Part shown: piece by piece, positions 24,252 to 36,174 of the stretch
Position numbering within the stretch: the first letter of the stretch is position 1
How the letters are laid out: the number at the start of each line of letters is the position of its first letter
Origin: Mobula hypostoma
Lineage: Eukaryota
Reading direction: 5' to 3'
NCBI RefSeq assembly: GCF_963921235.1
Contig: NC_086109.1
Location: forward strand, 9,302,001-9,366,000
DNA length: 64,000 nt
Translations under genes and position numbers: made by a program
Notes under the pieces: model-generated
What the model saw: the letters and a program-made list of their open reading frames with translations, nothing else
The model's database searches: none
What the model was told of the DNA's origin: nothing

Positions 24252-25964
24252 CAGTTCAGAAGCTGCTGGCACATGTGAGCTCCTGAACCGTCTCTTCCCT
24301 ACCTGCACTGAGCTGAGTGGATAGATGCAGGTTACATTTGCTGCCTCTGCCTCTTGCCCGGTGCAGGTACCTTAAGCCCATTCACCTGGAGAGTTTTCTG
24401 CGTACTGGTGGTGTAGCGGCATCTGCACCCAGACTTCAGAGCGGGAGATCTTGGGTTCAAATCCGGCCGGCTCCCTGCACCAGTTCCACCTGTGCTGGGT
24501 TGAGTGGCGAGCTAGGAACTCGGCCTCACAACATAGACGAACGCTGAAGAGATAGCAAGTCTGCCATTGGAGGTGTTGGGAGGAAGACCAGACAGGGACA
24601 GGGACCAAGGCAAGCAGCTTTATTTTAATAAATGTTCTTCATTAACTGTTATATCTGAAATGCATTTAAAATAGATTTATACTTCTAATATTTGAGAATC
24701 ACTTGCAATGTAATTTAATTGTTTTTAAATGTCTCGGTCTATTAGAAACAAGCAGAGGCAGTTAGGAAGGCCTTTCACAGGGCATCTAACAAGTGGAGAG
24801 CCTCAGAGAGTTGTCGGCGCAGTTCAGCACATCGCGCAAACCAGCATCCTCTCCGCAGACCCCGTCTACACCTCTCACTGCCTCGGTAAAGCAGCCAACA
24901 TAACCAGAGTCCCCCTCCCCACCCTGGGTATTCTCTCTTCTCCACTCTCCCATCGGACAGAAGACACAAAAGCTTGAAGGCACGTTTCACCAGGCTCAAG
25001 GACGGCTACCAGGGGGCAGAGACCGACTGGATAGCCAGAGACCTTTCTCCCAGGGCGGAAACGGCTAATACAAGGGGGCCATAATTTTAAAGGTGATTGG
25101 AGGAAAACGTAGAGGTGTTGTCGGAGCTAAGTTCTTCACACAGAGAGAGGTGGGTGTGTGTGAAACAGCCCGCCGGGGGAGGTGGTAGAGGTAGATAATT
25201 AGGGGCACTTAAGTCAGGCACACAGATGAAAGAAAAGTGGAGAGATACAGTATGTAGGAGGGGAGGGTTAGGTTGAACTTAGAGTAGGTTAAAAAGTTGG
25301 CACAACATTGTGGGCCGTAGGGACTCTACTGTGCTGTAATGTTGTATGTTTTATCGGGCTGTTAGAAGACTAGTCCCCTGGTACGACAAGATGGATTCTT
25401 GAACTCACCTCGTTGTGACCTTGCAGCTTATCGTTTACTTGTTCTGAACTGCACTTTCTCCAGAGCTGTTAACCTTTATTCTGCATTGTTATCACCTCCT
25501 CTCGTACTACCTCAATACGCTGATGGGATCTACATGGATGGCATGCAAAACGGAAGTTTTTCATTGTACCTCGGTACATATGGGAATAATAAACGAAGTT
25601 ACAATTCGTTCTAGTGACCTCTCCATGTTACGGGGCAGCCATAACAACAAGGCCTGGAATTCGATGTGACCCAGAGAACTGGAAACTTCAGAAAGCATGG
25701 TGTCCAGGATGATCTGGCCCATTCTAAAAACATTTTCTTCAGTTACCTCAAATTCCTCTCCAGCACTTTTGGTCGACTGGACATATATTGGAACTGTGAT
25801 GGTGGCTGAGTTAGCAAACGCATTTCCAAATCAAATTTAGTAACATTTTGAAATCAAAACCCACTCATAAACATATACGAAACAGAAGCTAGAGAACATA
25901 GCGCAAGCCCCTGAGGCCAGACTCAACATGGTGCTGCCTGAACCTTATTTTCCTCTTTCCCGCT

Positions 25965-26495
25965 GAATCCTTATTTGTATAAGGAGCCGGAGCAGGCCCA
26001 CAGCCTCAGTGCAGTAAGGAGTGGAGTAACTGTCGTGGAGCTGCGAACGGAACCGACCCAATCCGACCTTTTCAATTCACCTGGCCCGGCATTTAAATTG
26101 TCCAAGCATTCCTCGCTCAAACACTCAGGCCCTGTCACTTCCAGATGCTCTAGGCCTGGATTCCGCTGCCGCATTTCAGCCCGGACCCGACCTTTCCAAC
26201 GCGGCCTAGCGCGTAGATCGATCAGCCCTCGCTCTCGGTTTAGGTGGAAAAGCTGGGAAACACCTGCGCCCTGGCTTCTCTCTGCTTCACTTGCTCCGAC
26301 TGGGCCCCGAACATGCCTCGACCTCACTCGCATCTGCACGCCTTGACTCTTGACACAGCCTCGCCTCCACCCGCCTCTTCATTGTTTGTGGTGATCGTTT
26401 ACCACAGAAAATGCGCTATTAATAAAGTATTTAGTTGTATTTCTTGCTTTGCGAACCGTCAGCAAGTTGTCGCTCATCCTTAGAAGTGCCATCTT
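25965..26495 (-). mobile_element. Non-coding retroposon family B, copy lacking its 3' tail
   Basis: Starts AAGATGGC on minus; shares caaagcaagaa..taaatact..gtggtaaaYgatcaccRcaaacaatgaaga and cttggacaatttaa with 31407-32115. Confidence 0.7.
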
Positions 26496-27038
26496 AAACC
26501 AGACGCCATGTTGTGTGTGTTTTTTGTGGGTGTTTCTCGGAAATTCCAGCATCCTTAGAATCGCTTGGGTTTGTAGTTGAGACCAGGTTTGGTTTGTCCT
26601 TCAGTCTTCTGGTGAGTTGCATATTCATGCAACCATCCTTCAACACTGCAATAACAGGGTATTTTGAGTGTCTGCAGTTTGTACCCAGAGGCTTTTGGAA
26701 CAGGCAGCAGTACTGAATTTTTAAAGGTGTTTTGCTAGTCAGGATTGTGCTAGCATTACAAATATGTAGTTCTGTAAACTTACTTGACTATATTTCAAAA
26801 TGTTAAAGTTGTATCAGTGAATATAGCAATTGAAAATGTAGTATATCATTTATTGTTACCTCTGTGTTGAAGAAGTATAAAACGTTGTGTCAGGAGACTG
26901 AGATTCTCTAGGGTTTGCCTGGACTCTCTCTCTCTCCTGGAGGCTCGCTGTGTGCATATAGACCTCTGTATTTCTCAGTTACAGCTCCTGCAAGGCTCAG
27001 TTTTAGTCAGTCACAACACCCATTAAGCCTAATAACTC

Positions 27039-27414
27039 ATCATCACCATTTTGTGCCGGGTCGTATGAAGTGGGTGATTATGGTCCATGACCATGATTGT
27101 TCTTGGCAAATTTTTCTGCAGAAGTGGTTTGCCATTGCCTTCTTCTGGGCAGTGTCTTTACAAGATGGGTGACCCCAGCCATTACCAATACTCTTTAGAG
27201 ATTGTCTGCCTGGTGTCAGTGGTCGCATAACCAGGAACTGTGATCTGCACCGGCTGCTCCTACGACCGTCCACCACCTGCTCCCATGGTTTCATGTGACC
27301 TTGATTGGGGGCTAAGCAGGTGCTACACCTCGCCCAAGGGTGACTGACAGGCTAGCGAAGGGAAGGAGCGCCTTACACCCCCTTTAGTAGGGACACAACT
27401 CCTCCCCGCCACCC
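27039..27414 (-). mobile_element. About 380-bp RTE-related retroposon, copy 2
   Basis: Same sequence and ends as 6172-6568; flanking CTAATAACT/CTAACAACT is a possible TSD. Confidence 0.75.
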
Positions 27415-28169
27415 TAACAACTAGCAAGGTGTACTTATGTAAAGCTCCATTCTAAGATTCGAGTATTCACTCACCCACTTTTATCAAGAATCACCTTTAG
27501 ATGAAAAATATCGCAAATGCAAGGAAAACGGTGAGATGGTCTGCTGAGGGGATCACCATTGTGCGGCAGGGATAATTATAATGCCATCAAGGAGTCAATG
27601 ATGTTTAATGTTATGAAGACTGAGACAGTGCCCGTGTGAATTCTGTAATAAATGCGGCAATGTATTCTCCGTGAATCCCTGTGTCTGTTATTTTAATAAG
27701 TCTTTAATTTGTTTGCATTCTTTTTCAGATAATCTCTGGAAGCAGGTTGTCAAATATTATAATTCTTTTATTAATATTAAACGATAAGTCATGTAGCAAT
27801 GCACTCTGTCCATGAAACTGAGCTAAAATAAATACAGCAGGTTCTGGTTAATTGGGACACATTGGAACCAGATCAGTTTGGCTCAATTCCACAGCTGCCC
27901 CAATTAGCCGAAGTTTCATGGAAATAGTTAAAAAGGTATTAAAAAAGACAAACTGAGTGACAGATTATGTGTTTAAATGAAATACAGAACAAATTAGAAC
28001 ACTGCCAATAGTACTGCAGTACTAAAGAACTATTATTTCTTGCCGAAGGGTCTTGGCCCGAAAAGTTGACTGTACTATTTGTTATAGATGCAGCCTGGTC
28101 TGCTAAATTTCTCCAGCATTTTGTGTGTGTTGCTTGGATTTCCGGCATCAGCAGATTTTCTCTTACAAA

Positions 28170-29247
28170 CATAGAAAAATACAGCACAAATTCAGCACAA
28201 TACAGGCCCTTTGGTCCACAATGCTGTGCTGAACATGTACTTACTTTAGAAATTACCTCCGGTTACCCGTAGCCCTCTATTTTTCCAAGCTCCATGTACC
28301 TATCCAGGAGTCTCTTAAAAGACCCTATCGTATCCGCCCCCACCACCATCGCCGGCAGCCCATTCCACGCACTCACCACTCTCTGCGTAAAAAACTTACC
28401 CCTGACATCTCCTCTGTACCTACTTCCAAGCACCTTAAAACTGTGCCCTCTCATGTTAACCATTTCAGCCCTGGGAAAAAGCCTCTGACTATCCACCCGA
28501 TCAATGCCTCTCATCACCTTATACACCTCACTTCTCATCCTCCATCACTGCAATGAGAAAAGGCCAAGTTCACTCAACCTATTCTCATAAGGCATGGTCC
28601 CCAATCCAGGCAACATCCTTGTAAATCTCCTCTGCACCCTTTCTATGGCTTCCATATCCTTCCTGTAGTGAGGTGACCAGAACTGAGCACAATACACCAA
28701 GTGGGGTCTGACCAGGGTCCTATATAGCTGTAACATTACCGCTCGGCTCCTAAACTCAATCCCACGGTTGATGAAGGCCAATACACCGTATGCCTTCTCA
28801 ACCACACAGTCAACCTGCGCAGCAGCTTTGAGTGTCCTATGGATCCCTCTGATCCTCCACACTGCCAAGAGTCTTACCATTGATACTATATTCTGCCATC
28901 ATATTTGACCTACCAAGATGAACCACCTCACACTTATCTGGGTTGAATTCCATCTGCCACTTCTCAGCCCAGTTTTGCATTCTATCGATGTCCCGCTGTA
29001 ACCTCTGACAGCCCTCCACACTATCCACAACACCCCCAACTTTTGTGCCATCAGCAAATTTACCAACCTATCCCTCCACTTCCTCATCCAGGTCATTTAT
29101 AAAAATCACGAAGAGAAAGGGGTCCCAGAACAGATCCCTGAGGCACACCACTGGTCACCAACCTCCATTCAGAATATGACCCATCTATAACCACTCTTTA
29201 CCTTCTGTGTGCAAGCTAATTCAGGATCCATAAAGCAAAGTCCCCCT
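28170..29247 (-). mobile_element. CR1 LINE 3' 1.1 kb with frameshifted RT
   Basis: LQRDIDRMQNWAEKWQMEFNPDKCEV, LYRTLVRPHLVYCAQFWSP, FFTQRVVSAWNGLP. Confidence 0.9.
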
Positions 29248-29742
29248 GGACTGCGCGAAGGCTTCGATTGACCTGGGCACAGGTGGGACGTGGAGCTGTT
29301 CTTGGACCGCCGTGAAGCTTGTGCGTCCCAGAAGAGGCTGGGCCGCCAGTCTCAGGCGCCAATGTGCCAGTAGCTGGTGGGGGCCCCAGTATGGGTCTAC
29401 TGCCCCTCCCCAAAGAAGGGACTATCCCCTCCACCCCCCAGCTGGGAAGCCACTGGAAGGGGGCCGGGAAAGGTGCTTGACCGCATCTCTGATGTGGTAT
29501 ATCGGGTGCGGTTGTCTGAGTGGCGCAAGGCAGTCGTGCTGCACTGGGACCGGCCAGCACCATGTCAGTCCTTGGCCACCACTAACCCAGCGAGGCTGAA
29601 GGAAGGAAGTGACACTCCAGGTGCCCTGCCTCTTGCCTCACCAAACAATGCTTTCCCCGGGAGGGCTCCAGAAACCCCACAATGCCCCCGGCAGCGGTGC
29701 CGACCACAGTCGGGACTTTTGCACTTTGTGGTGAACTCCGTG
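29248..29742 (+). mobile_element. Gypsy LTR-retrotransposon integrase C-terminal fragment
   Basis: ORF 29377: VWVYCPSPKKGLSP...GPGKVLDRISDVVYRVRL...VVLHWDR, matching the GPY/F-domain pattern. Confidence 0.75.
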
Positions 29743-31160
29743 GTCGAAGGCCGTCCCAGCATTCCAAACGACCACAATATCCTCATCTGAAACTGATCTG
29801 GAAAATTTATAAAGAAAAATAAGAAACGAAATGACAAATTTTAGGAACACCATGTACACTCGAAGACACTTATATTAACACTATCTAGGACAGAAGGAGG
29901 AAGAGGAATAACAGACTTTAAAAATTTACACAACAGTCTGATAAAACTTCTAAGGATGGACCGGCTGGTGGCGCAACGACATCGGCGCTGGACCTGGGAG
30001 CGGAGATTCCCGGGTTCGAAACTAGTCGGGTCCGCTCCTGAGTATGCTTTTCATCCGTGTAGGGTTGAGTGTTGAGATTGCAACTCGACCTTGTAAAATA
30101 AAGGGAAAATACTGCGAAAATCTCTGTGAGGACTGGCACACCAGTCTCTCTCTCACTTCATGTCTTGTAAAAAGCCATGAAAAAGACATCATCACGGACA
30201 CACGCACATGCAGACACACACACAGACGCACAGACGTGCACACACGTAGGCCAAAAAAAACTTCAAAGGATATATTTTCATCCACAAAAACAGGATTCAG
30301 CTCTTCACATGAGTATATGTGATTCTGATGAGCAGTACACAGCACTAAACTTAAATGAAAGTACAACCCAGAAAACTGAAGGAATTATCACTATAGAAGG
30401 AAAGGTTAACCAATGGAAGAGCATGAGCCTCCTTGGAAGACATCCCCACGATTTGAGCAGAGTGCCAAATGTCTGCCTCAGAGTAGGGGACCTCTTCCCA
30501 GGAACAGAGGGGTTTCTTGTGGCAGTACAGGACCAAGTGGTTAGCAGAAAAAATATCAAAAATATATAATAAAAGACCAACAAATTCAAGGTGATAAATG
30601 CAGAATATTCCAAGAGAAACCAGAAAAAAATCTGGTTTGACATTACAGGATCCTGCAGCAGTTAACTCAACCTGATTACTTACACAGGCACAATCAAGTA
30701 GCAAACATCATTCACCAAACTCTTGCTTTAAAATATAAACTCATAAAAGATACCATAATAACAGTCTGGATATAATACTAATGGATAAACAAGCAAGAAC
30801 AACTTACTTAATAGACATAGCTATTCCAAACTCACATAACATACAGAAATCAGTAAGTGAAAAACACCTGAAATATGCTGAATTAAAAGAGGAAATTGAA
30901 AGACTATGGAATATGAACAGAGTATACATTGTCCTGATAGTAATATCTATAAGTGGTATCATCCCAAAATCGCTACATAATAGCATTAAACAATTAGGTC
31001 TACCCACAGATATTCATTTAAATCTCCAGAAAGCAACAATATTAAACACCACTAGAATAGTTCGAAAGTTCCTCGCAATTGAGAAATGAGCATTTGTGAC
31101 TATGCCTGGTCCTCAGGTTTTACCAGCTTAAGCTGAGAAAAAAATACAATAATAATAAAT
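29743..31160 (+). mobile_element. R4-clade (Dong/Rex6-like) non-LTR element 3' part with restriction-like endonuclease, decayed
   Basis: RTEGGRG, TEGFLVAVQDQV, and ORF 30781..31089 IDIAIP..EKHLKYAEL..IVISISGIIP..LQKATILNTTRIVRKFL; (TAA)n-like tail. Confidence 0.8.
29958..30256 (+). mobile_element. Young tRNA-headed poly(A) SINE inserted in the R4 element
   Basis: A box TGGCGCAACGA, B box GGTTCGAAAC, A-tail; 15-bp TSD AAAACTTC(T/A)AAGGAT at 29943-29957 and 30257-30271. Confidence 0.85.
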
Positions 31161-31406
31161 AAACAAATAAATAATACTGAGAACAGGAGTCGTGGGGTCC
31201 TTGAAACTTCCCCTAAAATGCACTGATACAGTTCACCTTAACTACTGCCTGTGGAAGTTGAATCCACTGTGGATTAACATGAGGGTAAAGAACTTACTTC
31301 ACAGACACTTCAGCCCAGGCTTTCATTTTTTATATATTTAGAGATACAGTGCAGAACAGGCTCTTTCAGCACAATGAACCACGCCACCCAATAACCCACC
31401 AATTTA

Positions 31407-32115
31407 GGATGGTGGTACTGAAGTTGGGTGGCGGCTTACTGGCGGTTTTCAAAGCAAGAAGTACGATTAAATACTCTAGTAATAAAACTTTTTACGTGGA
31501 AAATTGTGGTAAATGATCACCGCAAACAATGAAGAAGCGAGCCAAGGTGAGGCTGATCTGAGGGGTGTGGGTGCGAGCGGAGTCGGAGCGTGGTCGAGGC
31601 ATGTCGGAGTCGGAGACGGAGTTGGAGAAAGCCGAGTTATTCCAGAGCCTTCCACCTGCACTGGGAGCGAGGTTGGATCCACCTAAGCGTGGTGCCGAGT
31701 TGGAAACGTCGAGTTCGGAGCAGCCCCGAGTGTATCACTGTGGCGGGGCCTGAGCGCTAGTGCGGGGGAGTGGCCCGGTGCTTGGACAATTTAAGCACCA
31801 GGCCAGATAGACTGAATAGGCGGGGTGTCGGGACTGGAGGCAAGGGTCAGGGCCGGTTCTGTTCTGCTCACCTCGGTGCTGAGGCTGAGGCTGTGTTGTG
31901 CTCCAACTGTTTTGGGTTTATGGACTCAATGTTGTTACTCGCTTTATTGTTTGCATGATTTGTTTTTTTTTTCTCTCTCCACATTGGGTGTTGGCCTTTT
32001 CTTTAAAAATCGGGTTCTTTCGGGTTTCTTGTTTTGTGGCTGCCTGTAAGCAGACAAATCTCAAGGACGCATAATTTATACATTCTTTGATAATAAATAT
32101 ACTTTGAACTTGGAT
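31407..32115 (+). mobile_element. Family B, full-length-looking copy
   Basis: Starts AGGATGGTGG, GC-rich body, ends AATAAA plus a TTTGAAC-type tail. Confidence 0.7.
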
Positions 32116-32349
32116 TTAACCCTCGCCTAATGACAGAACAATTTATAATGACTATTTAACCTACTAACTGGTACATCTGTGGGAGGAGATTGGAACACCC
32201 AGAGGAAACCCCATGCACTCATGGGAAGGAGGTGAAAACTTTCTTACAGAGGATGCCGGAATTGAACTCTCAACTCTGACGCACCAAGCCGTTACAGCAT
32301 TGCGCTAACCGCTACACTATCGTGGTGCCCCAAAGTACTGTACACCAGA

Positions 32350-32429
32350 TGGCAGTGCTGGGATTCAAACCCACGCCTACTCAGACTGGAGCCTTAATCC
32401 AGTATTTTAGACCACTCAGCTACACTACC
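32350..32429 (-). pseudogene. tRNA-Leu(AAG) pseudogene
   Basis: Minus strand GGTAGTGTAGCTGAGTGGTCTAAAATACTGGATTAAGGCTCCAGTCTGAGTAGGCGTGGGTTTGAATCCCAGCACTGCCA is colinear with vertebrate tRNA-Leu(AAG). The anticodon arm is intact; D stem, T loop and T stem are mutated. Confidence 0.85.
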
Positions 32430-32437
32430 ACAAATTA

Positions 32438-34802
32438 CCCTGTCAAAAATTTTGCTTCCTGAATACTTCTGGGTGTAACTTATGGATTTTGGGCTGCTGA
32501 TCATGAAAATTAGCATGAAATTCCCTATCATGACAATTTTTTAAAAACAATTGCCTACGTTTGTTATTTCAATTCATAATACAAGTCAGAATAACTGATG
32601 CCAAGATTAAGGAAGGCATTTTTGTTGGTCCACAAATCAAACAGGTCATCAATGACAGGCAATTTGAAGAATTTCTAGTGGGACCGGAGAAAATCACATG
32701 GAAAGCATTCAAGGATGTTGTTGAAAATTTTCTTTGCAACTACAGAGCACCAAATTATATGCAGTTGGTTGACAACATGCTTCAAGCATACAAAACCATG
32801 AAGTGTAACATGTCACTAAAGATTGATTTTCTGCATTCCCATTTAGACCTCTTCCCTGCAAATATTGGGCTGTCAATGACGAGCATGGTGAAAGATTTCA
32901 CCTGGACATTGCGGTTATGGAGAAATGGTATCAGGGCAACTGGAATCCATCAATGCTGGCTGATTATTGTTGGACACTTAAGCGAGAAGCCTCAGACACT
33001 GAGTACAAATGAAAATCATCAACAAAACATTTGTAGCTTAGTTGAACTATTGCAAAGAGTCAGCGCCGTTATGCAATTAAACACATGTGGAAAACATGTG
33101 GCCGTAGTACCCAAGAAGGGCCGACCAAAAGTCTTGAATGACTACCGTCTAATGGCCGTGACCTCACACGTCATGAAGACCCTAGAGAGGCTGGTCCTGG
33201 CTCAGCTCTGAGCCCTGATCAGATCAGCCCTCGATCCCCTGCAGTTTGCCTACCAGGAGCACATTGAAGTCGATGATGCTGTCGTCTACCTGCTGAACCG
33301 AGCCTACTCCCATTTGGACAAGCAGGGCAGCAGTGTTTTTTGAGTTCTAAAGAGCCTGCAATACCATAGAGTCCTCATTGCTGAGGGAAAAGCTCTGTTC
33401 AGTGCAGGGTGGCATGTCTATTGTATCCTGGATAATGGACAACCTGACTGGACTGTCGGTTTGTGCTGCTTCAGAGCTGTGTATCAGACATGGCTATAAG
33501 CAGCACTGGGGCAGACAGGGGACTATATTGGCTCCCTTTCTGTTTAACCTGTATACTTCGGACTTTAGATACGACACTGAGTCATGTCATCTGCAGAAAT
33601 TCTCTGACGACTCAGCAATAGTTGGGTATATAAAGGGAAGACAGGAGGATGAGTACAAGTCCCTGGTGGAGGAGTTTGTCAAATGGTGCAAGCTGAATCA
33701 TCTGCAGCTCAACATGAGTAAGATAAAGGAGATGGTGATGGGCTTCCTGCACTGCTCCCTGTTACTATTGATGGTGAGGATGGGATGTGGTGAGGGCCTA
33801 CAAGTACGCAGGGGTGCACCTGGATATCAGACTTGAGTTGAGCACCCACACAAAGGCTGTGTACAAGAATGACCAGAGTAGCCTCTACTTTCTGAGGAGA
33901 CTGAGGTCCTTTGGAGTAGGCAGGCCTCTCCTTCACATGTTCTACCAGTCTGCTGTCTCCAGTACAACCTTCTTACATGGTGGTGTGCTGGGGCAATGGC
34001 ATTGACACGGGTGATGCCAACAGGCTCAGTAAACTGATTAGAAAGGCTGGCTCTGTTATAGGAGTCAAACTGGGCACATTGGCGACTGTGGCAAAACAAA
34101 GGACCCTACGGAAAATCCTGGCAATTCTGGACAATGTTTCTCACCTTCTGCATGCCACCATGGCTGAACAAAGGAGCATTTTCAGTAATAGACTAAAACA
34201 ACTGTGCTGCTCCAAAGAGCGCTATATCAGGTCACCCTTGGCCATTAGGCTCTATAATGAGCCAATCTATAGTCGGGGAAATGATGACCTCCTCCTGTCA
34301 GACTGTAATTAACCTCTGTTTACCAGAGCTCTGTTTAAGCTCTGTTTACCACACCCTGCTATTGCAGACACCCTGTGCAATACTACCACCACTTCTTACC
34401 TGGACGGTGTGAATGTGCACCCATTACTGTATAATATTACAGTAATTCTTGCACTCCCACCTTGGATTTGAACTTGGAAATCTTATCAGTCTTTTAATCT
34501 CTGATTTGTAAATCTTGCACATCTTATTTCTAAGGTAACTTATTTTTTATTGTTTCTTACTTCTCTTCTAATATTTGTAAATCTGTGCACTTGTAATGCT
34601 GACACTGTAATTTCCTTTGGGATCAATAAAGTACCCATCTATCTATCTACACTATATTTAATAAAAGTTAATTTTGTGTTTCTCCAAATTCCTATGTGAT
34701 AAAAATAGTCTGAAATTATATCTGCGTTCAGTTTCAAGTGGTCTATCAACTAAAAAAAAAATCTGAGGAAGCAACACTTCTGAAAAAAGTTGTTGTCCAG
34801 TG
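32438..34802 (+). mobile_element. Internally deleted Chapaev3-like (CMC) DNA transposon, split by a Rex1 insertion
   Basis: Transposase C-terminus KIKEGIFVGPQI..MSLKIDFLHSHLDLFP, frameshift, then DEHGERFHLDI..YQGNW..MLADYCW. Ends CcCTG and CAGTG; TTA on both flanks (32435-37, 34803-05). Confidence 0.75.
33085..34648 (+). mobile_element. Rex1/Babar LINE, RT to 3' end, decayed
   Basis: VPKKGRPKVLNDYR..TSHVMKTLERLV, DPLQFAY, QGTILAPFLFNLYTSD, LQKFSDDSAIVG; AATAAA plus (ATCT)n tail. Confidence 0.9.
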
Positions 34803-36174
34803 TTATCACGTGACAAAAAGCTGTGGATCTCATCAGAAGAAAAACCTCTGGGTGTTACACCAAGACCCCTAAATGAATAAATCTTCAATTTTTCAGTTGA
34901 TTTGAATTGATTAACATTTTACTGACATTCATTTTACTTGGACAGCTTTCATAACAAAGACTGTAAGAGAAATTGTGCATGGAAATTTTATTCTTTTCAC
35001 CAATTCTTTTCGTCCAGAGTTTAATGGATGGAGGCCACAAGAGGAAGGCCTAGCGTTTCAGTTGTGCCTTTTACAAACACAGGGCCACCCAAACTGCTTT
35101 ACAGTCAATGACATACAGTACTGTACAAAACTCTTAGGCACATATATTATTGATAGGATACTTGAGACATTGCACAGTCCTGTATTTGTCAATGTGGAGC
35201 GGAGAGTGGGCTTGTAAAGCTACTAGGAGCAAAGGATGTTGGGGATGGTGAAGGTCGAGTGCCATGGGAGGGGTGTGGGAGAGATGGCAGAGAAAGAGTG
35301 CCAGGGGTCATGGGGTTAGCGAGGGTGCAGACACACCCAGCACTGAGACACCAGGCAAGGTCAATTGATTCCAGACAATTGGTTTATTGATCATTACAGG
35401 ATGTCTCTCTGCTTCTTGTTCCCTCCCATTTCCCTTCCCCTTTTCCCAATCATAATTCCCCTCTCCCTGCCCCCTTCGCACTCTCAGTCCACAATAGAGA
35501 CCCATATCAGAATCAGGTTTATCATCACTCATATACGTCATGATTTTTTTTTGCAACAACAGTACAGTGCAATATGTAAAATTACTACAGTGCTGTGCAA
35601 AAGTCTGCCGGGACCGTGGCAGCTAACTTGCATACAGAAATCAGGAACGTGAGGTGGCAGTATAGTGGTTAGCAGAATGCTTTGCAGAACCAGCCACACA
35701 GATTCAATTCCCACTGCCGGCTGTAAGGAGTTTGTATGTTGTCCCTCGAACTGTGTGGGTTTCCTCCAGGTGCTCCAGTTTCCCTCCACATCCCAAAGAC
35801 GTACCGGTTAGTGTTAGTAAGCTATGGGCAAGCAGGGCTTGGCACCTGGGGGCTGCCCCCAGCACTTCCTCAGACTGTACTGGCCGTCGGCAAAAATGGT
35901 GCATTTCACTATTTGTTTCAAAGTACACCGAAGTTCAAAGTTCAAAATTCAAAATAAATGTTATTATCAAAGTGCATATACAGTGTGTCACCACAGATAA
36001 TCCTGAGATACATTTTCCTGCGGACATACTCAGCAAATCTGTGGAATAGTAACTATAACAGGATCAATGAAATATCAGAGTGCAGAAGACAACAAACTGA
36101 GCAAATGCAAATATAAATAAACAGCAATAAGCAATGAGAACATGAGACAATGAGATAAAGTGTCCTTAAAGTGA

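Noticed and set aside
20082..27750. Isolated plus-strand splice-like sites (acceptors at about 20081 and 27728, donor at about 26611)
   Set aside because: No convincing partner site or recognisable reading frame; compatible with chance.
14609..30030. SINE heads at 14609 and 29958 as tRNA genes
   Set aside because: No complete cloverleaf; each continues into a SINE body bounded by a TSD.
32561..33211. 216-aa ORF as an intact gene
   Set aside because: Chimera of a frameshifted transposase fragment running into a Rex1 RT fragment.
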